A stretch of DNA of 63,970 nucleotides, the filler included, from Craspedostauros australis (taxonomy: Eukaryota), in NCBI GenBank assembly GCA_030167865.1. It is 4 parts of 4 records of this genome, joined end to end, with 100 filler letters (N's around TTAATTAATTAA, not from the genome) between each part and the next. Parts side by side here need not be neighbours in the genome. Positions count along the whole stretch, not along the records: positions 1 to 28,813 come from JALAGF010003878.1; positions 28,914 to 40,148 come from JALAGF010003879.1; 2 more parts are not named here. The stretch is one strand, 5' to 3'. The translations under genes were made by a program, and so were the position numbers. The number at the start of each line of letters is the position of its first letter. Position 1 is the first letter of the stretch. Positions 23,113-33,942 of this stretch are shown piece by piece. The notes under the pieces were generated by a model. It saw only the letters and a list, made by a program, of their open reading frames with translations. It was not told the origin of the DNA and made no database searches.

Positions 23113-25150
23113 ACGAGGAGAAGTGAGCCCAACAAAGGGCGACAATCTCATACAACCACTCAAAAGAGCCAATGCAGCAGCAGACACGGACAAGGAGCAA
23201 GCGCAAGCAAACACAGAGGCAACAGCAACAGCACATCCGCCAACAGAAACACCAAGTGTGGACAACGAGTTCATCTATAGCGACCAGGATCATATGTCCA
23301 TCAACGCAGATGAACAAACGCAGGCAGGAAGTAACACTTTCACCAACGAATGGAACGAGGTTAACAGGAACAGAGACGCCAACCAACAACAAACGGCTAC
23401 CAAGACCAACGACATCAAATACTGCGACGTGCACATCATGGTGAACGGAGGAGGTGACGCGAAGGACGCCAAAGTCGCCATCGACGCGGCCATCGGGTCA
23501 TGCAGAGATTTCCTTGTTAACATCCAGCACGTGGACGCAACAGCAAGATTGAAACCATGGAACCTAACAGTGGCCCAAACCAACGTCCACTCACTCGACG
23601 ATTTTCCTAAGGACCTGACCACTCTGAAAGAATATTTCAAAGGGGTGAGAGCCATCTACGGGAAAGAGCGAGAGAAGATGTTCCTGAAGGTGAGGATCGA
23701 ATGCGAGAACCCAATCACAAGGATCACAGAGGAGCTAAGAGACTTCTTCTCAAGAGACAGCGGAAGGTTCACCGTGGCAAAGATTCAAGCCGCATCAACC
23801 ACCACCATCGGATGGATGATGTACTCAACCAGACAGCTCAGCGAAGACGAGCTGGAGGCGGAGCTCACTCGACTAACACAACGACAGGTGGCAGCGAACT
23901 GGAAACGCATCTCTGACGGGGCAAAGTACGACCCCAACCGGAAAATGGAGAGAGACCCGAGGGCACTACACATTGAGACCGCTACAGCCGACAAGGAAGT
24001 GGTGATGAAAGTGATGGAGACGTACTATGGTGCGAAATCGACGAAATTTCCACTGGGAATCAGGATGAGGTTGGTAACACCACTCTCAGGCATTGTGAAC
24101 ACAGACATGCGGCAAGGGTGGTTTGCGCTAAGAGAGCGCCACGCCGGCTGGTGCGAAGAGGCAAAATCTATCACATCACACGACATCATCCAAGAGACTC
24201 TGGACACGGTGCCAGACGGAACAGGCAACACACTACGCCAGATGATCATGAAGCTCAAATCCACCACGGGGAACGTGAACACCCCACTGTTCGCATCAGT
24301 GAGCAAGCAGTGGAGAGGGGCAGGGTACGTGTTTCAATTTCATCCACACAAAGAGATGGAAGCACGCATGACGGTGAAAGGGCTGCTGGTGACACTAGAG
24401 GCGAAATACGGCGAGACAGTGAGGTCACTATTCACAACACTTGCGCGAGGCGAAGCAAAGACGATGAAGTGGGACGAAGCAACCAAGCGGGTGATTTCAG
24501 AGCGAGATGAAGCAGTGGAAGCTGTGATGGCTGCCGACGAAGACATGCACTTCGCACGAAAGGTGGAGGTCGACATGGAGGAGGGAGTAGCACAAGAAAG
24601 CAGAGACTGCGACGTGAGACCAGAAAAGGACTACGGGGACAACGAGACCATCCCGTCGCTGCGAAACCACCAAGCATGGAAAACCATCAGCGCGAGAGGC
24701 GAAGCCAACAGGCAGGCAGCAAGAGACAAAGAACTTCAAGGCGAAGGATCCACCACGTCCACACTCACAAACAATAGCAAACGGACAACAGGCACGCAGA
24801 GACAGAAGATCGCACACTTGGAGGAACAACTGGCGGAGTTGATGGAGAACAGAACACAGAAATCAACTATGTCAACGCTATCGGGAAGCACAAAGAAGAC
24901 ATCAGGGACGACGAGAGCACTAGTAGTAGAGATGAAAGCACAGATGGAAGCAATGCAAGCACGGTTGGAGGCAACGGCAGAGGAAAATCGGAAGCTCAAA
25001 GAAAAAGAGGGGGAGAGCACGGAAGGGCGAGGCATAACGCCAAAGGACGCCCAGCGCGAGAGAACCAGCGAAGGAAAGGTTGACAGCCCACTTCCAGGTC
25101 GCACACCAAATGTAACGGATGGCGCTACGGCGGCATCCGGAGACGGTTAA
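23096..25150 (+). CDS. LINE ORF1 protein (684-aa ORF; true start uncertain)
   Basis: Precedes and overlaps ORF2. Contains IGWMMYS, RALHIET, KFPLGIRMRLV and a C-terminal coiled-coil-like segment. Confidence 0.75.
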   Translation: MRANKKRGEVSPTKGDNLIQPLKRANAAADTDKEQAQANTEATATAHPPTETPSVDNEFIYSDQDHMSINADEQTQAGSNTFTNEWNEVNRNRDANQQQTATKTNDIKYCDVHIMVNGGGDAKDAKVAIDAAIGSCRDFLVNIQHVDATARLKPWNLTVAQTNVHSLDDFPKDLTTLKEYFKGVRAIYGKEREKMFLKVRIECENPITRITEELRDFFSRDSGRFTVAKIQAASTTTIGWMMYSTRQLSEDELEAELTRLTQRQVAANWKRISDGAKYDPNRKMERDPRALHIETATADKEVVMKVMETYYGAKSTKFPLGIRMRLVTPLSGIVNTDMRQGWFALRERHAGWCEEAKSITSHDIIQETLDTVPDGTGNTLRQMIMKLKSTTGNVNTPLFASVSKQWRGAGYVFQFHPHKEMEARMTVKGLLVTLEAKYGETVRSLFTTLARGEAKTMKWDEATKRVISERDEAVEAVMAADEDMHFARKVEVDMEEGVAQESRDCDVRPEKDYGDNETIPSLRNHQAWKTISARGEANRQAARDKELQGEGSTTSTLTNNSKRTTGTQRQKIAHLEEQLAELMENRTQKSTMSTLSGSTKKTSGTTRALVVEMKAQMEAMQARLEATAEENRKLKEKEGESTEGRGITPKDAQRERTSEGKVDSPLPGRTPNVTDGATAASGDG

Positions 25151-28100
25151 AGGGGAAGGGCAGGGCCAGGAGTCGGAAGCAGCACGACCAACAGGCCTGA
25201 GCCCGAATGCGCCCGCCTTCACACCAGGTTTACCGCACCAGGCAGAAGACGGAAGAGGAGGACGAGAAGCAAACGTAGGCGACGTATTGCTACGGAAACA
25301 GGAGGGACGAATGAGGATTGGAATGCAGAATTTCGGAGGACTGAAGAGGCATCCAGGAAATGTGGATGAGAGCCTCAAACAATGGATGAACGAGGGAGAA
25401 TTCGACGTGTTCGGAATAACAGAAGTCAACGTCGATTGGAGAGGAGTAGAGGAGGAAGCAACACTCAAAAATAGAGTGAAAGAGTGGTGGCCGACGGGTA
25501 CCACGCAAACAACGACGAGCAACAACAGCAACGAAGACATAAACAACAGGAAGCAATGGGGAGGCACTGCAATGATTAGCAGGCACCAAGCAGCAGTGAG
25601 GATGGTAAAAGATGGAGTAGACCCAACCAAACTCGGGAGGTGGGCATGGCAGCTCTATCGCGGGGCCAATCACCAAAGATTGCGGGTTGTGACAGCCTAT
25701 CGACCGTGTCGACCTCGCACGCGCGGAGTACTCAATACGTACGCACAGCACCGTCGGTATTACAACGAAAAGTGTGAGGACGTAGAACCAAGAGCGCGAA
25801 TGCTGGCTGACCTAGGCAAAGCAGTAGCGAGCTGGAAAAGAGAAGGCGAGCATGTGATACTTATGATGGATTGCAACGAAGACACAGGCACAAGAGCAAT
25901 GCAAGCATTCGCAAGCGAAGCAGGGTTGGTGAACGCAATGAGGACGAGAAACAGCGCCGCGGCACGAACCGCCACACAACGATGGGGAAAGACGCCAATC
26001 GACGCCATATTTACAACCGAATCAATCACAGTGGCAAGGGCCGGGATGACAAGATGGGATGAAGGGATACAGGAGCGCAGTGCGGATCACAGATGCATAT
26101 GGCTCGAAGTCAACATGCAAGAGGTCCTGGGCCAGCGTATGCCACCTCTGCGCCGATCAGTCGCAAGAAGAGTGAAAACTGAAGACCCCCGAATTGTGAA
26201 AAAATTCAACGATAGCTACGAGCAGCACCTACGACAACACAATGCAAGGAATCGAGCGATACGGTTGGAACGGAAGGCAGAAAGCGAGTGGAATGCTCAG
26301 ATGGAGCGAGAGGCCGAAAGGTTGGACGCAATACGAGTGGAAGGCATATGGAAGGCGGACAAGCAATGCCGGAAGCTGCGCATGGGAGGTATCCCGTATT
26401 CAAGGGAGTACAAAGCCATCGAAGCACGGATAGGGCTCTGGAACAATGTGGCGAGGCGGGCAGCTGGGAGGAAAGTGTCATCAAGGCTCGTACAACGGCT
26501 AGCAAAAAGAGCAGGCGAAGCAAGGAAGGTATCAGAGATTAGCCGGATGAGGCACAAAGAGGTAGCCAAAGAACAGGAGGAGGCATTCCAAGCGTTGAAA
26601 AGGTTTCGACGCAAAGCAACGGACGCGAGAGCGAACTGGATAGAAAGGGTGGCAGCAGCAAGAGCAAGAGAAGAAGCCGCCAAAGCCGAAGCGGAAAACA
26701 AGCAGCAAGGGAACGGTAAGCCAGGGCGAAGACAACGAAGACAGACAGGGATGGGGAAGAGGATGTCGAGTCAGCTCTTACAGATGCGACGAAGGGAACA
26801 AGTCAAGCAGATGTATGCGAGGATACGAAGAACAACAGGGGCCAACGGAGCGGGAGGTATATCGATGGTGATAGCGCCAGATCGTAACGGGGAATGGAAG
26901 GAGTGCACAAGAAGAGAAGACATTGAGAGAGGCTGTATGGAGGAGAACCGAAGAAGATTCCGACAGACAGAGCGGACACCGTTCATGCAGGGGTTTCTAG
27001 CACAGGAATATGGGTACCTGGGAGTGTCAGAGGCTGCCAAACAAACGCTACAAGGCAGATATCACGTGCCGGCATGGATCGAGGAAGGTGCTCGGAGGCT
27101 CATCGGAGGGCTGAAGTCGAAGAGCCATAAAACGATACAGGCAGGAATGACAACCGATGAGTACCAATCGGGGTGGCGAAAATGCAAGGAAGATACCTCG
27201 GCCGGTCCATCCGGGCTCCACTTCGGCCACTTCAAAGCAACAGCAATGCACCAAGCGAATTCAGAGTTCGAAGCGAGCATGACGTCGATAGCTATGAAGT
27301 CGGGATACTCGTATGAACGGTGGAAGTACGGGGTCGACGTGGAGTTGATGAAGAAAGCAAACAGCTACCGCGTCGATAAACTCCGCACGATCGTCCTGTT
27401 CGAAGCAGATTTCAATTTTGCGAATAAAGCGGTGGGCAGGAAGGCGGCACAACAAGCGGAAGCGCAAGAAGGATTCGCGGAAGAACAGTACGGGAGCCGC
27501 AAAGGACACCGGGCCATCGACCATGCGCTTAACAAGCAATTGACATTTGATTGGCTCCGACAGACTCGAGTACCAGGGGTCCTTTGCTCCAACGACTTGA
27601 AGAGTTGTTACGACAGGATTGTGCATTCGATAGCATCGATATGCCTGCAGCGACAAGGAGTAGCAGTCACGGAGGTGGTGAGCATGTTCCGAACACTACA
27701 GAGCTTGGAACACCACATACGAACGACGTACGGAGACTCCAGGGACACACTGCGGAATCAGCCAGGCATAGCACCAATGCAAGGGATCTACCAAGGCAAT
27801 GGAGCAGGGCCGGTGATTTGGGCGGTGATATCGTCACCAATGCTCGAAGTGATGAAGGAGGAGAACCACACAGCAGAGTTCAGGTCGGCGATAAGCGGGG
27901 AGAAAGTGAAGATGGTGGGTTATGCGTTTGTCGACGATACGGACTTAGTGGTGAACGCGAGGAGGACCGAGGGTATCAAAGAAGCCGTAAAGAGAATGCA
28001 GAGTAGCGTGGATATGTGGGAAGCGCTAGTGAGGGCGACGGGAGGAGCATTGGTGGTAGAGAAGAGCATGTGGTGGCCGATCGACTTCAAGTGGCGAGAG

Positions 28101-28813
28101 GATGGCACGTGGCGGTACGCGAATGAGGAGGAGACGCCGTACGAGATCTGGATGGCAGGCAGCAATAGAGACCGACAGAAGATGCCAAAAAGTGCTCGGC
28201 ACCAAGCATTCGAGACTCTTGGAGTGCGACTGGCACCAGATGGAAACGGCGCAGCTATCGTCGAAGCTATACAAGACAAAGCCAAGAATTGGGCAGAGAA
28301 GGTCAGAACGAAGCGAGTAAGGAAACAGGACGCAGACGCGGCGATTCGGAGCATACTGCTGAAGAAGCTGGAGTACGTTCTGCCGGTGGCGCAACTTAGC
28401 GAAGCTGAAGCGAGGCAGACAATGAAGCCCGTGTGGGCGGCGACGATGTCCAAGCTCGGCTACAACAAAGGCTTCCCGAGGGCTATGATCCACGCGCCAA
28501 GTGCGTTGCTCGGGGCCAATGTGCATGAGTTGCACACGACGCAGGTCGTGGAGCATGTATGCATGGTGCTGGAGCATGGCGAAAGGAGCACGGTTACAGG
28601 CAAACTTATTCGAGGGACGATCGAAGCGATGAAAACGGAGATCGGCATCGGCGATGCTCTCTTCAATACGAGCTACAAGGCATGGTCGTTTCTGGCGACG
28701 GACTGTTGGATCAAAACAGTGTGGAGAGAGGTCCAAGAGTACGGCATCGACTTGCGGGAGAGGACGCCAACTACCATTCGAGCGTGGGAGAAGGAGGAAT
28801 GGCTGATGCCGGC
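23113..28813 (+). mobile_element. Non-LTR retrotransposon (LINE, diatom Ambal-like), 3' end lost in assembly gap
   Basis: Two long overlapping ORFs, with APE endonuclease plus RT in ORF2. Strongly purine-rich plus strand. Abrupt junction with a host gene. Clade assignment is by motif recollection only. Confidence 0.9.
25119..28813 (+). CDS. LINE ORF2: AP endonuclease and reverse transcriptase (truncated by gap)
   Basis: APE motifs: RIGMQNFGG, DVFGITEVN, VVTAYRP, LMMDCNE, PIDAIF, ADHRCIW. RT motifs: GPSGLHFGHFKA, KLRTIVLFEADFN, EQYGSRK, NDLKSCYDRI, QGNGAGP, FVDDTD, ETLGV. Confidence 0.95.
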
Positions 28814-28913
28814 NNNNNNNNNNNNNNNNNNNNNNNNNNNNNNNNNNNNNNNNNNNNTTAATTAATTAANNNNNNNNNNNNNNNNNNNNNNNNNNNNNNN
28901 NNNNNNNNNNNNN
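28814..28913. other. Assembly gap with TTAATTAATTAA linker
   Basis: N-run with a central all-frame-stop spacer, the same at all three gaps. Confidence 0.95.
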
Positions 28914-30580
28914 GTCAAGCACGAGACCATCAACCTCGTGCACAAGCACTTCTTCCTCATCCGCGAACCATTCGCCGTGCTGTCTTCATGGAAGTGCGAC
29001 AGCGATGTCCACGGAAACAACCTCTGCATCGAGGAGATCGGGTACACCCATCTCATGTCCGCCTTCTCGCAGGTCGAGGGCAACATGGATCCGGATCGCA
29101 AGTTCAAGCCGATCGTCATCGACTCCGACGATCTCGTCAGCGACCCTAAGAGCACATTGGAGCACCTCTGCGCCAGCCTCGGCATTCCATTCCGTGAGAG
29201 CATGCTCTCCTGGGAGGCCGGTCCGCACAAGTGCGACGGACCATTCGCGAGCTACTGGTACTACAACGTCCACAAGACCGACGGGTGGGTGACAAAAAGC
29301 AAGACCAAGGAGTCCAGCGGCCTCGAATGCATCGCCGGCAAGAGGTACCGCATGCTCGATCCCAGACTCAACATGGCTCTCAAGGCCTGCGTGCCGATTT
29401 ATGAATTCTTCCAGCAGTTCACCGAGTCGTACAAGAACCGCGGGCCACCAGCGGGCCAGAAGATCTACGAGGACCCAAGAAACGAGCACCTCGTGGTCTG
29501 GGTCGGATCACCCAGCCGCGGTCGCATCTCCCCGCGCCTCATGGCCGGCCTCAACCCATTCGATTCCGCCGTCGAAGGCGGCGACGCCGTATGGGAGGGA
29601 ATGCGCGTGCATGATGGCAAGATCCCCTCGTTCGAAGAGCACCTCGATCGCCTCCTGCGTTCCGCCAAGGCGTTGGCCTTCGAGAACGTCCACACCAAGG
29701 ACCAAATCATGGAAGCCATCTTCAAGACCCTCGCTGCCAACTGCATGCGCGATGACACCTACATTCGCGTCACGTTGACACGCGGTGAGAAGAGCACATC
29801 GTCTCTAGATCCCAAGTCAAACATCTACGGCACCACCCTCATCATCCTTCCAGAATGGAAGCCCATCGATGCAGCAAGCGACAACGGAAGCAAGACCGAA
29901 GGGATCGCGCTCATCTCCGCATCGGAGCGCAGGCACCCATCATCCAGCGTGCTTTCCAACATCCAGAGCAACAACATGGTACGTGCCATACGGCGAGGGG
30001 AGAAGTCACTGATGATTTCTATTCTGCATATCATCGCGCGCACATCCCTAACCATTCCGCTGCATGTGTTCTACCACATTATTCCTGCATTCCGTTCACC
30101 TGCTCTGCTCTGTTCCACGGATTTCGCTACTATGTTGCATTCCATCACGAACAGATCCCAAAGATCATGCCAAAGATGCAAGCAAACAAGGCGGGTGCCG
30201 CAGATGCCGTCATTCTCGATGCGGATGGATACGTCTCGGAAACCAGCACCGCCAACATCTTCATGGTGGACAGCGAAGGTGTGTTGTTGACACCGCACGA
30301 AGAGCACTGCGTTGCAAGAGTTGCCAGGGCCAACACAATCGCCTTGGCCGAAGAGCTCGGCATCCCATGCACTGCCAGACGCATCTCGCTCACCGAATTC
30401 TTCGACGCGGAAGAAGTCTTCACGGCCAGCACCATGGACGGATTGATCTCTGTGGCCACGATCGACGCCCGTGCCATCGGCAGCGGCAAGCGCGGACCAG
30501 TCACGGAGAAGTTGCAGGTCGCCTACAAGGAGCTTCCCAACAAACCCGGCTTCGCGGTTGCTATTCCAAAGTTCACGTAA
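28914..30580 (+). CDS. Sulfotransferase-like P-loop domain fused to class IV aminotransferase (BCAT-like), copy A; 5' end in gap; intron 29979-30154
   Basis: HFFLIREP, VIDSDDL, LGIPFRESMLSWEAGP and WYYNVHKT give the sulfotransferase-like domain. GDAVWEGMR, HLDRLLRSAK, RVTLTRG, GYVSETSTANIF and AEEVFTAST give the class IV fold. A GT-AG intron restores NNM|IPKIMPKMQAN. Confidence 0.85.
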
Positions 30581-31509
30581 GAACAGACAATATGAAATAG
30601 GAGTTCAGCTCGGAACCCGGCGCAGCAAGAGTGTGCGTCAGAAAGTAGCACTTGAGCAGAGTATTTGTAAAATGGAACATATGCACACCATGCCATCGGA
30701 GTGAAACCGGACACGACGACTCGGACGAGTCAAGGATGCCAACAAACAGCGATAGCCACAACAACAAACCCACAAGCGGCAACCAGGGAGTAGAGAAAGC
30801 AGAATACAGCCAGCCACAATCCATACATTCAACACACCAGACACGATCTCCTGACGCCATTCAGGGTTCACAAGTTCGAAATTGCGGATTGTTAATCCAT
30901 CTAGATCATCCCATTCTCCATAGTGAGTTTTTTCGTGCCTTTGGAGGCAACTTCTCCACGACCTGCAGCAAACGTAAAACGGTGCCGCGATAACACCGCT
31001 CACTGCGAGAACCTCGGAAGGATGGACCAACTGGCCAAAAAATGTCTCCCCCCGCGACTCGTTGGTTTGTGACTGAATGGGCTCATAAAGTAGTAGTTGT
31101 ATTGTTTACGCCGCTACTTTCAAACCCTCCTTCGTTTTCGCCGTATGAGTCATTCGAGTCAAACAGTGCATTCAATATTCAGTCTGTCCATGCAACCTGC
31201 AAACTGTTGGCGCCAAAACCAACGAAAAACAAAAATGACCGTTACAACAACAACAACAACAACAACAAGAGACAAAAAGACGAAGAAGGAACAAGAGGAA
31301 GACAGGAACACGGAACAAGCAATAGTGCTGGACTGCCAAGCCAAGCCATGCGATGCGATACGAGCGAACTATTCTATTATATAATATAATCGTATGGTAT
31401 GCAGATTTGAAGAATCGTGGAGTAGTGTAAGTGCTTTCAACACCTTTGCTCAGCGCCTACCACCAGCAACATCATCACCGTCGGTACTGCCATCGTCAAA
31501 CACTCCACC

Positions 31510-31610
31510 GCCAACAGCAACAGCAGCAACAACAGCAACAACAGCAACAACAGCAACAACAGCAACAACAGCAACAACAGCAACAACAACAGCAGCCACA
31601 GCAGCAGCAG
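31510..31610 (+). repeat. CAA/CAG trinucleotide tract
   Basis: caacagcaacagcagcaacaacag... about 100 nt, upstream of and in frame with the oxygenase ATG. Confidence 0.9.
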
Positions 31611-31646
31611 CGAGTCCATTCGGAGGAAATAGAAACGACTGAAATC

Positions 31647-33002
31647 ATGACGACCGCCGGCAGCAACCATCCTGATGCTCCCGACCATCATGACAACGCC
31701 AGCGCTGGTTCTGCATCGCCCATCACCCTCCCCCAGAACGTTTCGCGGCACTTCCACGCGCCAGAGGACTGCTTTGCGATTCGGATCCCTGACGTCGTGA
31801 CGCCGGAGGAGTGCGAGGCGTTGATACGTCTCGGTGCCGCAGCACCGGCTGGGAGGGGCAGACGCGGATTCGACTACATCACGGAGGCCATGCACACTGC
31901 GCCTGATGGGACGCAGCACCCTGTCAAGCTGCAGAATCCCAATCCGCACAAGCTCAGCGTGTTCGACCATCCGTCGTCAGTGGACATGCTATGGGAACGG
32001 CTGCGGCCGGCGCTGCACCAATCCAAGGACTTCCGATCCTTCCTGCACAGGGAAGGTTGCGAGTCACCAACGGGCCTAAATCCGCGTCTGCGTGTTCTCA
32101 AGTATGATGCATCGGACAACGACGAGTTCCGCCCGCACTACGATGCCACGACGCGGATCGGGGATCACACGTCCCTCATCACAGTGCTGCTCTACTTGAA
32201 TACGGGGTCGGGCGCTGACTTCGAGGGTGGTGAGACCTTGTACCTGGACGCATCCGTGCAGCAGGATCCCACCGGTTACAACCATCTGACAAAAACCAAG
32301 CGGCATCGAAAAGGGAATGAAAAGGACAACATGGGCATCGCCGACATCACAGGTACCATGGGCGGCAGGAGAGGTGAGAATGAGAACGAGAATGAGAACG
32401 AAAATGCAAACAGAGGACTGTTGGGAAGCAAAGCGATGGTGGTCTCGATTCCACCCGCATCTGGGACGTGCATTCTGTTCGAACATGATTTATACCATTC
32501 TGGAGCTCCGTTGCAATGGGGCAGCAAGTATGTACTGAGAACGGACGTGTTGTTCCATCAGCGACATGCTTTGTCGAACACAGCTTCTACCAAGAGAGGT
32601 GATCGCATCAATGGTACCAATAACATCAAAAGCGATGGCGATGGTGGCAACGGTGGTCCTCGTGGTGATGATGGCACCGATGGCGATGGCGATGGTGATT
32701 CGCACATCGCCGACAGGGGTGACAAGAATGGTGATAAATGCGAGCGAAGATCGCCAACCGACTATGCCACCATGAAGGAGCTTTGCGACGATCTGATTTC
32801 CAGAAAGCAGCTGATGACAATCGAAGAGCGAGATGCGATGGCCGGACTGGGTCTTGTGGATGTGTCCGTGGAAGGATTTTGTGCGCCCGGTCGGTTCTAT
32901 CTCCATCAGATGCTGCAGGAGTGCGGATTCGAGAATATCCATGCGATCACCACACTGCTTGACATCGCTTTCGATTGTGCGAAGAACAGGAAACAGAAAT
33001 GA
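31647..33002 (+). CDS. 2-oxoglutarate/Fe(II) dioxygenase (prolyl-4-hydroxylase-like fold)
   Basis: VVTPEECEALI, GLNPRLRVLKY, FRPHYD (HxD), TVLLYLN, FEGGET, HDLYHSG (distal His), KYVLRTDV. First in-frame ATG at 31647. Confidence 0.88.
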   Translation: MTTAGSNHPDAPDHHDNASAGSASPITLPQNVSRHFHAPEDCFAIRIPDVVTPEECEALIRLGAAAPAGRGRRGFDYITEAMHTAPDGTQHPVKLQNPNPHKLSVFDHPSSVDMLWERLRPALHQSKDFRSFLHREGCESPTGLNPRLRVLKYDASDNDEFRPHYDATTRIGDHTSLITVLLYLNTGSGADFEGGETLYLDASVQQDPTGYNHLTKTKRHRKGNEKDNMGIADITGTMGGRRGENENENENENANRGLLGSKAMVVSIPPASGTCILFEHDLYHSGAPLQWGSKYVLRTDVLFHQRHALSNTASTKRGDRINGTNNIKSDGDGGNGGPRGDDGTDGDGDGDSHIADRGDKNGDKCERRSPTDYATMKELCDDLISRKQLMTIEERDAMAGLGLVDVSVEGFCAPGRFYLHQMLQECGFENIHAITTLLDIAFDCAKNRKQK

Positions 33003-33942
33003 CATCTGCGCAGGTGGTGTCAACGATCTCAGCTTCAGTTGCACACGCAACTATCATTGCAAAACATCAAGACAGAAGAAGCGAACATGATCCCTTTCAT
33101 AACGGGAAAGTATCGGTTGCGGTGATACGAGTGCGAGTGATCGGACAATAAATGTCAAGGGAGGAGCGCCACGAAGCACAGGTACGGCCACGGCCACTGT
33201 CGCCGCCCTCGTTCGATCACACGCTGCTGCATACAGTTTCACACGCACAAACTTCGTCTTTTTCTTATTAGTCACGAACTTCACCTGCAGATTGTCACCG
33301 CAGTCACGTACTCATATGCAGTGGTTCGCAGCCACATGCAAAGGGGTCAATCCCCATAGTGAACGAGAACTACATCGTGACCTTCGGTTGTTCTAGCTCT
33401 TTCGCACCACCGGCGTTGACGAAGAGCGCATCATTCCACGATGCTAAATCTTCAGTGCCAAAGTGCAGAGCTTCTCATAAATGCCAGCGCTTCGCGAGAT
33501 TGTCAATGCTCTAGTTTTCGTCACTTCTCCCACCATCTCGGCCCTGGGCATCCCCAACCAAAAATCGACGATCACCCGCATGGGAACCCAGGCAATCATC
33601 GAAGCCCCAAAGCAATCACCACGGCCCCACCGCAGTCGCGACATGCACATCGTGGCATACCATCCCATTCCACCCCACCACGGCTTATTTGTGAGCGGAG
33701 CCGACATGATAGTACTCGCACCAACCAAACGAAATCGGAAACATCTTCTCCCCACATTTTCATGGCCTCTCACAAAACAAAGAATGCAATTATTTGGAGG
33801 GAGTACCACACTCATACAACGATCACATCCACACGCCCACACTTCCACAATCACATCCACAATCACATCCACATTCACATCTCCATCACGATCACAAAAT
33901 CGTCACCGGCACCGCCAAAATCACAACCAATCACTCACCGCC

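Noticed and set aside
23113..23274. Hydrophobic N-terminus of ORF 22072-23274 resembling a signal peptide
   Set aside because: It is the antisense of LINE ORF1, not host coding sequence.
28858..28869. TTAATTAATTAA palindrome repeated in all three N-runs
   Set aside because: Artificial scaffold linker with stops in all frames, not biological.
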